This document shows, in pieces, positions 38,801-44,876 of a stretch of DNA of 64,000 bases. Location: the IMG/VR virus record IMGVR_UViG_3300020057_000041, positions 3,455-67,454 of that record. One strand, 5' to 3'. How positions within the stretch are numbered: position 1 is the stretch's first letter; each line of letters starts with the position of its first letter. The DNA is from a virus. The notes below the pieces were generated by a model. It did not search any database. It was given only the letters and a program-made list of their open reading frames with translations, and was not told where the DNA came from. The translations under genes and the position numbers were made by a program.

Positions 38801-40130
38801 CTGCTGCTTGCTGGCGCTGGACCACCTCCGTGGCCCCGGAATCAACAGCGATTGCAGCCGCCGCAGAGGTGGGACCAGCAGACGGGTTGATGCCCATGGC
38901 TTGGGATTGGGATACCGGTGGCGGTTCGATATAGGTCGGCTCCAAGCCGCGACTGGCTAAATCGAACCACTGCTTGCGGTCATCCTCCGGGACGAACCGC
39001 TGGCCGGTTTCCGGGTTCATGTAGCCATCTTCAGGCAGCGGCTCGCCCGTATCTTCTGGATGCCCGAAAAGCGAATCACCAGGCACGTACCCGGCGCCCG
39101 GAACTGGCGCGCCTGGCTGTAAAGGGGCACCAGGCGCCTGATTGGCCGGATCGGGCTGGCTCGGGTCGAATCCGGCGTCTGGTACGACGGGTGGTGGTGG
39201 CGGATCGATTGGTGGCAGTGTGGATGCGTTTTGGATCTGTTTTGGACCGCCTGCAATGGCTCCGACACCGCCGCCCACGATGCCGCCGATGACACCATCA
39301 CCAACTGTCCGACCTGCCACGCCCTGGAACGTCGGGGTGTCAAAGCCCTGGCGCTGCTCGGCCACGTTGGAGGCATACCGTTCCTGGCCGCCCTGCGGGC
39401 CCTCGGTCAGTGTTTCCGCACCCGCTGCTTTGCCGATCCTGCGCAGTACAGCGCGCCCGCCCGTGCCCATAATGGCACTCTCTGCACCAGTTAGGCTCGC
39501 CAGAACGCCGCCTACGCCGCCGATGGCAATGTTTGCCGCATTCTCACCGGTGTACGACTGCGCCTCATCAGCCTTGGCCTGGGCCTGCGCCGGGGTCATG
39601 CCCGCTTCGATCTGCTTTTGCTCGACGGCGTCGTAGATTGAGCCCTTGACCGCGCCTAAGCCCTGTGCTGCACCGACTCCCCCACGAATACCCAACTGAG
39701 TCTTCAGCGACCGGCCCTTGGTCAGATACGCCGCCAACAGCGTAGGGGCGAGTGAACCCAGGCCGGTGGCAACGGAGCGTACTGGAGCCTCGGCAATCCC
39801 GCCCAGCGTGGCGCCGATCTCGTCGAAGGTCGACCCGCCGGCCTCGGCTTCCTTGATCTTGGCCTGGCGCGCGGCGATCTCGTCCTGCGCGTCCTGACTC
39901 ATCAGGCGCCCGGCGCCCTGGCTGACAGCGCCCAGTGCCTTCGATACCCGGTTCCCGGCACCTACCGAGTCGGCCACCAGTGCCTTGGTGCTCCCGGCGG
40001 CGCCTTGGACGAACCCAAGCCCGGCATCACCCAACTTGCGCAGTGCGCCGGCTGGTTTCGGGGCAGGACCAAGGAACGAATCTATGGTCGATGACCCACC
40101 GCCATCGAGGAAGTCGTCGATTTGGCTCAT
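29853..40130 (-). CDS. giant polyvalent internal virion/ejection protein (zincin-like HEAIGH, two ART-like YHG domains, PLxRFG domain)
   Basis: 3425 aa. HEAIGHLGLR (~34.2 kb); RLYHGG (~33.66 kb); FKAWFGDSKVVDADGKPVVMYHGT...GFYFT (~33.1 kb); YFPLSRFGDY (~31.9 kb). Confidence 0.85.
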   Translation of the reverse strand: MSQIDDFLDGGGSSTIDSFLGPAPKPAGALRKLGDAGLGFVQGAAGSTKALVADSVGAGNRVSKALGAVSQGAGRLMSQDAQDEIAARQAKIKEAEAGGSTFDEIGATLGGIAEAPVRSVATGLGSLAPTLLAAYLTKGRSLKTQLGIRGGVGAAQGLGAVKGSIYDAVEQKQIEAGMTPAQAQAKADEAQSYTGENAANIAIGGVGGVLASLTGAESAIMGTGGRAVLRRIGKAAGAETLTEGPQGGQERYASNVAEQRQGFDTPTFQGVAGRTVGDGVIGGIVGGGVGAIAGGPKQIQNASTLPPIDPPPPPVVPDAGFDPSQPDPANQAPGAPLQPGAPVPGAGYVPGDSLFGHPEDTGEPLPEDGYMNPETGQRFVPEDDRKQWFDLASRGLEPTYIEPPPVSQSQAMGINPSAGPTSAAAAIAVDSGATEVVQRQQAAEQAAKDAKGKKTGQDAAKAVTGIPASEPFQQPTTPAAGPIAAAVSQIPSTPGVVDAQAAQAVQVNPQQPEQSGPIPGAAGGIESPSQPAGPANVSDAGTEQAGGTGNALTRGQRFKAVIEAKQAERAAKAGVSDLQARVDAADPFTKEHSDAIDALTNAVATGAKAKLDAGTMPVFKTEGGMTIAITPSAQSPGKVQVTRYNKTGALGDSQYNSIEDAIRQEGLQYHTSLEGKDAETVMTQVAQAEGDFQERAAKAAQSPDDLAQSLPQQQSNTPAPDAGTTQFSSVPAPVQGQSVQPPVNPLETSPSTAPQEPPRSGVSPVGQSETRSQNVPSLPASTAGEVRQTQGLDAENPPAPGRQDGQKQGTVQPSANDTPVPDPASLKDRVNGIKAEMADVAAAKKAMGTQQAGEDKTTQIARAKLDLQAKRLWQKLAEALPDNSKNAAAAKDAADELESKISRIESDASDAPAPVQAPEGIRFVKKPNGFQTASFKTSEGMNGHVGISPPGWSNSTGKSFEVTLDRVGGPKDENGKIKFYPTQTLGKYRTAESAMVAARAAVEKYREQPAATTQPATPSKEPGAGLKKMRVAKAKKDAAKAPDTRSAAELAQAMDDMRKTKPRPLDKLYGKKGPTPEQAGKHAEDMKAWNREFMKLSRDQKLALARGNEAFRKKQESEQTPAGIARSPNGTTLPTAPDTEFVKIKDRFGGNIHVKQSDLDGERTLLPMYTAKGDRAGKSIHRENLDPDGTKLAASNAENASNPLMDVITAKQGNAFATAAAAQRELNTRALSESHEVVPIGDGYVVKKKGLPKPYNDDPRNSPVMESQDGFIVGQSVDVPSRTIGRSTVESLYTRTMPGFDAPMLMARIKNAEGKAIDVLTSELKATSEAQNLTGRQDVFSAPAPDRFEVGKSLTKDQRNQVLGTLVDVYKAKSADREQKGIDANGNERFGYVHSPELFEKSSITGAMVRYHVTLPDGKIAHPSELFPDYTQANIDAELAKAQAQDQVSKDSREHRTRVLNKHIGDSLGAANRLFNADNPGERNYTPAILTNGTQFVRTHPDSSDGDAKLLGDGWKVQSPEPAKPEAKGKPDAAFSRKAKPDDDKTLIIQHNLSAENLLHSIRMGGIPVPSLAITKVDSPMDSFGEITLLGDRDMADPKYGAKVFGADIYSPRYPSVSFKAGPEDQRIFNKAMEKYRQEGDRLLYGGEISDLDSITSHAPFKRYAEANGAKPGSYHDYKAEAEKLLISIGVPERIFRGFTDMGNRKYVPHTLDNVVKILKKELRGGENFNYGVGSLRAKFTPQFRSIEAIKKSQDRLMTKDAFDKVKKEIDSDFLTLANEMAPDRSLDAIIDVLSDAPRMGLVRSARDLDIELSDEAKQSAVKFLERLRNLPTQYFEAKILRAMDLSEFKVAVVPDSTPAAAIKELERRGVKIATYPKSDEKARARVIKEQSDAMGLAFARGAQPTGMTVDNARNIIAPVARRLNIDVRVVATPADLPIKAPSDVRALYINGDIYVVAGNVKTRLDVLKAVGHEAIGHLGLRALLGSADHDKMMAQMQLALKMGNKPLRELQAGVRKSYVDESGEFNLTPGQEADEIAAAAVEQAIDPVTGEFRPGYGFLKGLFAKMAEWLRSVGINVSFTNLELQGALVNAQRNLMDGAREAQGNAVAASRDTTGSVTNRKDVVGNSQSGRSADDVTPGAVYRNNLPPEKDGFVRLYHGGSGGTDKEFSKVPSGGRFDGFFALANEKTPFWTSGGRNYFADVSEDKILTDYALNYEVPYAKTLEAFELVTGIKEGDEHFDVVWAAVIEDKSFNSDDSLADALGGDYDEAGWDAQKYRGQVAKRLGYEAVQMEDENGTGTYLIVSGVKVTRVLDANESTAPNSGGAFARTGQDQTDTAAFKAWFGDSKVVDADGKPVVMYHGTSGDFSIFDPEFMYSGEGASQTGSGFYFTDNPKSASRYAIIKGADGAKVMPVYLSLQKPLHIDFLKGETTGADIELSAAQLRKIILRAKDIRSKEDSPLMNFGDVNYEGFEKVLRSAINLYTGSSNIASLRNDFFGDDHAAWLEAFSAATGYDSAYSVTSNGDKHYVAWFSNQVKSAIGNSGAFDPKNPDIRYARSVPGAQVVTDITRRTGNKLSDYRGLGLRTLGRRQLVDLYGDQIPQIKSYSNLMQSMDADKNEAGAAADGIADRWGKVKDERQLSELMHDSTLAQIDPTKDFIEGDDQNFYDALKDGYNALSPEAKKLYTDARDHYRAHHRNVRSAIRERIERSELRGPRKAELLKQMDDEFFKAIKGVYFPLSRFGDYVVIVRDTNGRAINVSRAETMTEAQSVQESLRKAYPGDVVGKVLKSKEFNAGRDMVGRGFMEGLYEALGKKDMDESQRTQLEDMLGQLYLSALPDLSWAKHGIHRKGTPGFSQDARRAFAQNMFHGARYLAKVRYSDLLENQLSDAQKTLDATAEKTGVNQPKLQDVLNEMQKRHEAAMNPDGNALSTALTSLGFVFHLGLSPASAMVNMTQTALVAYPIMGAKWGFSKSAAALLKASTQAAGNKNDISPALTTEEKAAYDEAVRSGVIDVTMAHDLAGISQGDDAKVTWKLRPVMKWASFLFHHAEKFNRQVTFVASYRLAREAGTGAKDAYAQAVKATYDGHFDYSSTNRPRVMQGNTARVLLLFKTYGQNMVYTLARAGYLAVKGASPTERSEARKALSGILTMHAAAAGVLGLPMVTTLLAAASMIGGSDDEPWDAEDALRNMLADAFGDGPADVLARGLSRLTPFDISGRVGLDRLILPDVQEGLEGQRLGESAMAAALGPVAGIGIGVLKGLQQMADGNWAKGLEAMAPAALRGPLKALRYAEEGAIDKSGKPILLDVNDAGIVGQALGFSPSDVRLATEAKSAVHQADARLSKRRGQLMRHWSMAAIAEDQDGMADAREAIQAFNEKNPARRINPMQMAASVRTRRMQIAQSKGGVYLSKSRQDAMEAGAFGMP

Positions 40131-41905
40131 TGGTAGCCCAGTTGTTTGAGTGCTGCCGCCTTCTGCTCCCGCGTCATGCTCTTGTTGTCGCGGATATCTA
40201 CCGCCTTCGGGTCGGAGTCCAATGTCGGCTTTTGTGGTGGCGTGACAAAGGAATTGGTGGCCGGGTTGAATACGGTCGACGCCTGCGTGTACGGAACGCC
40301 TTGTACTGTCAGTGCTTGCCCGCCCGGCACAGCGAATGCCCGTGGCACCTCTGGCCGCTTGCCCATCAGTGAGTCGAACACCTCAACCGCTGTCTTGCGC
40401 TGCGCAGGCGTCGATTTCGGGTCTGCGATGGCCGCCTGGGCTGCGTCCAGCCGTGCCTTGGATGCCTGATCGAGCTTTGCGCCAGCTGCGTCGACGTCAA
40501 ATTTCTCGCGCGCCAGCTTGCGGTCCTCGCCGCGACCGGCCTGCTCTGCGCCGAACTTGCGCTCGTTGAATGCACGGTCCTTGGCGCTGTCGCCGGTAGC
40601 TGCACGCTCTGCCCTGGCCTTGCTGATCGCACCCAGCTTGCGCGCCGTCATGGGCTTGCCGTTGTTCATCAGTGCGAACTCGGCATCATCCCCAGCAACT
40701 CGCGTGCCGAAGTTCCCGCCGTAGTATTGCCGCAGTGCCTCAGTGTCACCACGGGCCGCAGCGGCGTCCAGGGCAGCATTGACCTGACCGTCAAGGTTTG
40801 ATCGGTTGCTTGATCCGCCGTAGGTGAACGTCCCGTCGCCGGTCCCGGCCACGAAGCCGCCGCCCGATGGCCGCGCGTTGCCGTTCTTGTCCACGAAATT
40901 GACAAGTCCTGACACGTTCCCGCCAGAATACGAATTGCCGTCGCGCGTGACCTGGCCGCTGACTGCCCCAAGTGCGGGTGCGGCCTGAGCCTGGGGCGTG
41001 ACGATGCGCGGGTCTTGCATGCCCATGCGCTGGCCGCCGCCGACAACGGGCCGCGCTGCGCCGACTGGTTGCGTTTGTTGGACTGGTGCAGGCTGCACGA
41101 TGGGTGCTGGCGCCTGTGCTGGCTGCGATGCGGAATTGAGCGCCCCGAGTGCCGCCGCTGGCACGCCGTATGGGCCTACCGCCTGCGCCGTCGATACTGC
41201 GGCCTGCCCGGTTGTACCGAGCGCCTGCCCGACCCTTGATGCTCCAACCAGCGCGCGCGCACCGGCAAACACTGGCGCTGCGCCACCAAGGGCGCTGGCC
41301 GTGTTCAATACGTTGCGGCCAAGTTCTGTCGAACCGAACGAGTCTGCGACCGAGTTGCCGTTGGGGGCCGTTGGCCCGGCGCCACTACCACCAGTCGGAA
41401 TCTTGGCCACGAGCTGCCGCTGGCGCACCCGGTCCTCGGGCGTTACGCCGCCGCCCACCTCGTACTTGCCCTTCACCGCGCCCAGCCGTGGGTTCTTCGC
41501 ACTGGCCTTGTCACCGTCGGCGATGGCGTTGAGCTTGTTCATAAACGGCACGCCCAGCTTCTTCACGGCTGCGGCCTTGACCATGTACTCGCCATTGCTG
41601 GCCATGATATGGATGTCGTCGCTGGTGCCGGTGCCCTTGCCATTGACCTCGCCGCCCTTGGCGAACTTGATCCCTGCCGGGTTGTCCTTGGTCGGTGTGC
41701 CGCTGGAGTAGCCCGCTGGAACTGATGTGGCCGGTGGCGCCTCGATCTGCGCAGACCTGCCGCGCTGCTTCATTGCATCCGGGTTGTTGCCCACCAGCTT
41801 GTTCAGGTCCCGCTTGATCTGAGTGATCAGCCCGCCTTCGGCATAGCTGCGAACGGCGCCCAGTTTGGTGTGGTTGGCTTGCATCGAATGTGCCCTCTGT
41901 TGCAT
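40127..41905 (-). CDS. putative ejection (internal virion) protein
   Basis: Gly/Ala/Gln-rich; FAKGGEVNGKGTGTSDDI...SNGEYMV motif; directly precedes the giant gene. Confidence 0.65.
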   Translation of the reverse strand: MQQRAHSMQANHTKLGAVRSYAEGGLITQIKRDLNKLVGNNPDAMKQRGRSAQIEAPPATSVPAGYSSGTPTKDNPAGIKFAKGGEVNGKGTGTSDDIHIMASNGEYMVKAAAVKKLGVPFMNKLNAIADGDKASAKNPRLGAVKGKYEVGGGVTPEDRVRQRQLVAKIPTGGSGAGPTAPNGNSVADSFGSTELGRNVLNTASALGGAAPVFAGARALVGASRVGQALGTTGQAAVSTAQAVGPYGVPAAALGALNSASQPAQAPAPIVQPAPVQQTQPVGAARPVVGGGQRMGMQDPRIVTPQAQAAPALGAVSGQVTRDGNSYSGGNVSGLVNFVDKNGNARPSGGGFVAGTGDGTFTYGGSSNRSNLDGQVNAALDAAAARGDTEALRQYYGGNFGTRVAGDDAEFALMNNGKPMTARKLGAISKARAERAATGDSAKDRAFNERKFGAEQAGRGEDRKLAREKFDVDAAGAKLDQASKARLDAAQAAIADPKSTPAQRKTAVEVFDSLMGKRPEVPRAFAVPGGQALTVQGVPYTQASTVFNPATNSFVTPPQKPTLDSDPKAVDIRDNKSMTREQKAAALKQLGYQ

Positions 41906-41944
41906 GGGCGCATTCTGAGCAAGCTACGGGGGTCTGGCGATAAA

Positions 41945-41956
41945 TGCCGGGGGCAA
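41945..41956 (-). promoter_or_regulatory. late-promoter activator site
   Basis: TTGCCCCCGGCA-ttta-TCGCCA-17nt-CAGAAT-6nt-ATG. Confidence 0.75.
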
Positions 41957-41989
41957 CCCAGGATCAGCCTTTAGCAGGATAATCTGCCA

Positions 41990-42328
41990 ATGACAGAAAA
42001 CACTTCCGATTCCATCGTTCATTTCAGCGACTGCGCTGTGCATAACATGCCGGCCAAACCGGCAGGACGGTGCGACTGCGGGGCGCGCGATGCTGCTCAC
42101 AAAGACATCTTGAAGCACAAAGCAGTAATTACCATCATAAGGGAAAAACTGGCGAAGGATGATCCGTCATACGCCAGGCACACTCAGCAATTACAAGACG
42201 CCGTTGATGCATACGCGGAATTGGTCGACAAATTCCTTGTGGATGTTTTATCGGCTCATAGCGACACCCGAGGCTCCCGACCCCGGTATTCGGGGCCATG
42301 TGTTGGAGTCCTCTCAGCCAGCCCGTAG
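41990..42328 (+). CDS. hypothetical protein, opposite orientation within the late region
   Basis: AGGA RBS; HFSDCAVHN....RCDCG metal-binding-like motif. Confidence 0.5.
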   Translation: MTENTSDSIVHFSDCAVHNMPAKPAGRCDCGARDAAHKDILKHKAVITIIREKLAKDDPSYARHTQQLQDAVDAYAELVDKFLVDVLSAHSDTRGSRPRYSGPCVGVLSASP

Positions 42329-42530
42329 GCCTGCTGCTCGCTGAACGTCGCATTCGATTACCAGGCGCCCGTATCGTGGGCCACGCGTCTTGTCGGTCTG
42401 CTTGCCTGTTTTCATGGTCGCTGCAAAACGCCACGGCGCCGGGTGTCATAGAGCGCCATCGCTTTATTGGGTTCTGGGACGACATTCCCCGTTCACTTCG
42501 TCAACTGGCGCCCTGACACTCAGAAACGCA

Positions 42531-42645
42531 AAAGGCCCTTTTCGACTGCGTTCCGTGTCCTGGCGGGCTAGACCATCTTTCGATGGCGCGGAACGCATGA
42601 GAAAAGGGCCTCATGGTGTTGTCATTCTAGCCTGCCAGGACATTG
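42531..42645 (-). ncRNA. c4-antisense-like structured RNA with adjacent complementary site
   Basis: Stem AGGCCCTTTTC..TGCGTTCC / GGAACGCA..GAAAAGGGCCT enclosing CCATC-GAAA-GATGG and TCTAGCCCGCCAGGACA, which is complementary to TGTCCTGGCAGGCTAGA just upstream; U-tract follows. Confidence 0.6.
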
Positions 42646-42686
42646 ACGGGTGCAGTGTGCCGGGCCGTGTCAAGTCTGTCACGAGT

Positions 42687-42698
42687 CGCCGGGGGCAA
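42687..42698 (-). promoter_or_regulatory. late-promoter activator site (would drive the structured RNA)
   Basis: TTGCCCCCGGCG-actc-GTGACA-17nt-CACACT. Confidence 0.7.
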
Positions 42699-42730
42699 AA
42701 GAAAAGCCACCGGGTAAAGGGTGGCCTTTC
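42697..42730 (-). terminator. intrinsic terminator after the tRNAs
   Basis: GAAAGGCCACC-ctttaccc-GGTGGCTTTTC-TTTT. Confidence 0.7.
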
Positions 42731-42796
42731 AGATGATCTAGGCTGCCGGCCAGTCATCATCGCCCTAAAAAGGGTGCCCTGATTATGTCATGTCTC

Positions 42797-42883
42797 TGGT
42801 GGATAACCTTGGGATCGAACCTAGCGTGCCTTGTAAGACGGCGGATTTACAGTCCGCTGCATCACCTTTGATGCTTGTCATCC
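42797..42883 (-). tRNA. tRNA-Tyr(GTA)
   Basis: Acceptor GGATGAC/GTTATCC, anticodon arm GCGGA-CTGTAAA-TCCGC, long variable arm, TTCGATC loop, encoded CCA. Confidence 0.9.
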
Positions 42884-42890
42884 GTGATTC

Positions 42891-42966
42891 TGGCATATCG
42901 AGTAGGAATCGAACCCACAACCTTCGGTTTTGGAGACCGACGCTCTGCCAATTGAGCTACCGACAT
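42891..42966 (-). tRNA. tRNA-Trp(CCA)
   Basis: 76 nt; D arm GCTC/GAGC, anticodon arm TCGGT-CTCCAAA-ACCGA, GGTTCGATTCC, encoded CCA. Confidence 0.93.
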
Positions 42967-42980
42967 GCAGGCCCCGATTA

Positions 42981-44876
42981 TTACTCTTCCTTGTTCTGCG
43001 AGACAAGCGTATTGAGCCCTGACAGTGCAGCGCCGGCCAGGCCCTTGTAGATCTCTGCCGATGCAATACCAAGGTCAGCGACCGCCTTGGTGCGTCCCAG
43101 GTTGGTCTCGGCGTTCTTGATCAGCCCGTCCATATCGTTGCGCTTGTTGGCCATCGTCACATTGGCAATCGTCTGGTAGATCGAGTTTTCAACCTCTGCC
43201 TTGGCAATGGCCACCCGGTTCTGGCCGTCGACCACGCTCAGTTGCTGCCCTTGGATGGCTATCTTTGAGCGCACAACGTCGCTGCGTGCGCGCGTGGTTG
43301 CCTCGTACACGCTGACATCGGCCTTGACCTGATCGGCCTTGGCCTCGTTGGTCAGGGACTGCGCCCGCACGACTTCGGCTTGTGCGGATATGTCGGCCTT
43401 GAACCCGTCGAGTTGCGCGTTGTAGGCGCCAAGCTGGCCCAGGTACAGGCGCACCAGTTGGTCGTTGCCTTGGATGGCCGCTGAATGTGCGTCGTACTCG
43501 AACCGCTTGTTCTGCACCTGAAGGCCATACGCATCGGTCTTGGCCCGGAACAGGTCCAGTTTGAGCTTTTCAAGGGATGCTTGGGACACCACCGCGTCGA
43601 TGCGCGATTTGTAGACGCCGGCCAGCGCCTGCAATGCGTCGATCCTACCCTTGTACATCGAGACCTTGGCTTGATCGACTTGCACCAGCGCCTGCAAAGC
43701 ATCGATCTCGGCTTTGTACAGGTCGATGTAGGACAGCGCAGCCTTGAGCCTGACATCAAAGACGTTCGCCTCTGTCTTGTAGGCGTCAAGCCGGGCGGCG
43801 AACGCTTTGACTTCCAGGTTGAACGCCTCCACGATGGCCGACAGGATGGCCTGTGCATAGGACAGGGCTTGCCCGTTGATCTGCACCAGGCTGCCGTGGT
43901 ACGACAAGGCAGCACTGAGCATCGTCTGACGCAGACCTGACGAGGTGGTCACCGCGAACTGCAGGTTCTGTTGCTCGACCTCGTAGGCCTTGACCAGCCG
44001 CTCGCCGGCAAGTGCCGCCTGCTTGTCGGCGTAGGACTGGCGCGACCTTTGCAGACCGGACAGGATCGATCCGCCTGGCATGGTGAAGCCACGTGATGCC
44101 GACTCCTGCCACGCGGCATCAGCCGTGCGACGGTGCTCCGCTGCATTGACGCCGGCCGACTTGGCGTAGATGGCGTTCTCGACCGTGGGGCTGAAGCCGG
44201 TGCCGCCTGCAAGGTAGGCGGTCAGTTGTGTCTCGATGGCCGCCATCTGGGTGTGAAACTGCGGGTTGACCTCGGTGAGCATCGCATCCATCTGCCCCTT
44301 GAGGGCAGCAATAAACATGGGTGATGCGTTGCGCCATTGCGTATCAAGCGTCCCGGCTAGGTTGGTTGGGACCGTTAGGGTGTCGTCAGGCGCGGTTGCG
44401 TCAAACGATGGCAACGCGATTGTTGGCTTGACCGGGGTGGTGTAGGTTCCCAGGGTCGGCTCAGAGACAACATCGTCCAGCCGCGCGGGGATGACGGGAA
44501 AGTCGAACTCCGTGGTGATCGGTGGTGGCGTCTCGGCAAAGGCCGTCAGTTGCACGGGTAGCGTCGGTGGCACGATGGTCGGCGCCGCTGCCGTGAGCAC
44601 GGGCAGCGTACCGCGCTCGATCTGGCTGATAACGGTGAAATCGATGTCCGAACTGGGCTCTGTTGCCAGGTCCAGATTGATCGTGTCAAGCGTGGGCGAT
44701 GGCGTGATCTCGGGGATCTCGGGCTCGTTCGGTAGCCCTGTGATGCCGGGGACGATGACGGTGAAGCCGACGCTATCGATGTCGTCGCGCATGTTGCTGA
44801 CCGCATTGTCAGCCGACGCTGTGACGGTGGTCACATAGGCTTGAGCTTGTGCGATAAGTGTGTCTACGGTTGCCAT
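42981..44876 (-). CDS. virion protein, helical C-terminal half (ejection/tail)
   Basis: 631 aa; Pro/Thr-rich N-terminus, SRGFTMPGG, long amphipathic helices. Confidence 0.65.
   Translation of the reverse strand: MATVDTLIAQAQAYVTTVTASADNAVSNMRDDIDSVGFTVIVPGITGLPNEPEIPEITPSPTLDTINLDLATEPSSDIDFTVISQIERGTLPVLTAAAPTIVPPTLPVQLTAFAETPPPITTEFDFPVIPARLDDVVSEPTLGTYTTPVKPTIALPSFDATAPDDTLTVPTNLAGTLDTQWRNASPMFIAALKGQMDAMLTEVNPQFHTQMAAIETQLTAYLAGGTGFSPTVENAIYAKSAGVNAAEHRRTADAAWQESASRGFTMPGGSILSGLQRSRQSYADKQAALAGERLVKAYEVEQQNLQFAVTTSSGLRQTMLSAALSYHGSLVQINGQALSYAQAILSAIVEAFNLEVKAFAARLDAYKTEANVFDVRLKAALSYIDLYKAEIDALQALVQVDQAKVSMYKGRIDALQALAGVYKSRIDAVVSQASLEKLKLDLFRAKTDAYGLQVQNKRFEYDAHSAAIQGNDQLVRLYLGQLGAYNAQLDGFKADISAQAEVVRAQSLTNEAKADQVKADVSVYEATTRARSDVVRSKIAIQGQQLSVVDGQNRVAIAKAEVENSIYQTIANVTMANKRNDMDGLIKNAETNLGRTKAVADLGIASAEIYKGLAGAALSGLNTLVSQNKEE

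Noticed and set aside
42135-42485. Minus-strand ORF downstream of the c4-like RNA as an antirepressor or Icd
   Set aside because: No recognisable motif, and it overlaps a more plausible plus-strand gene.
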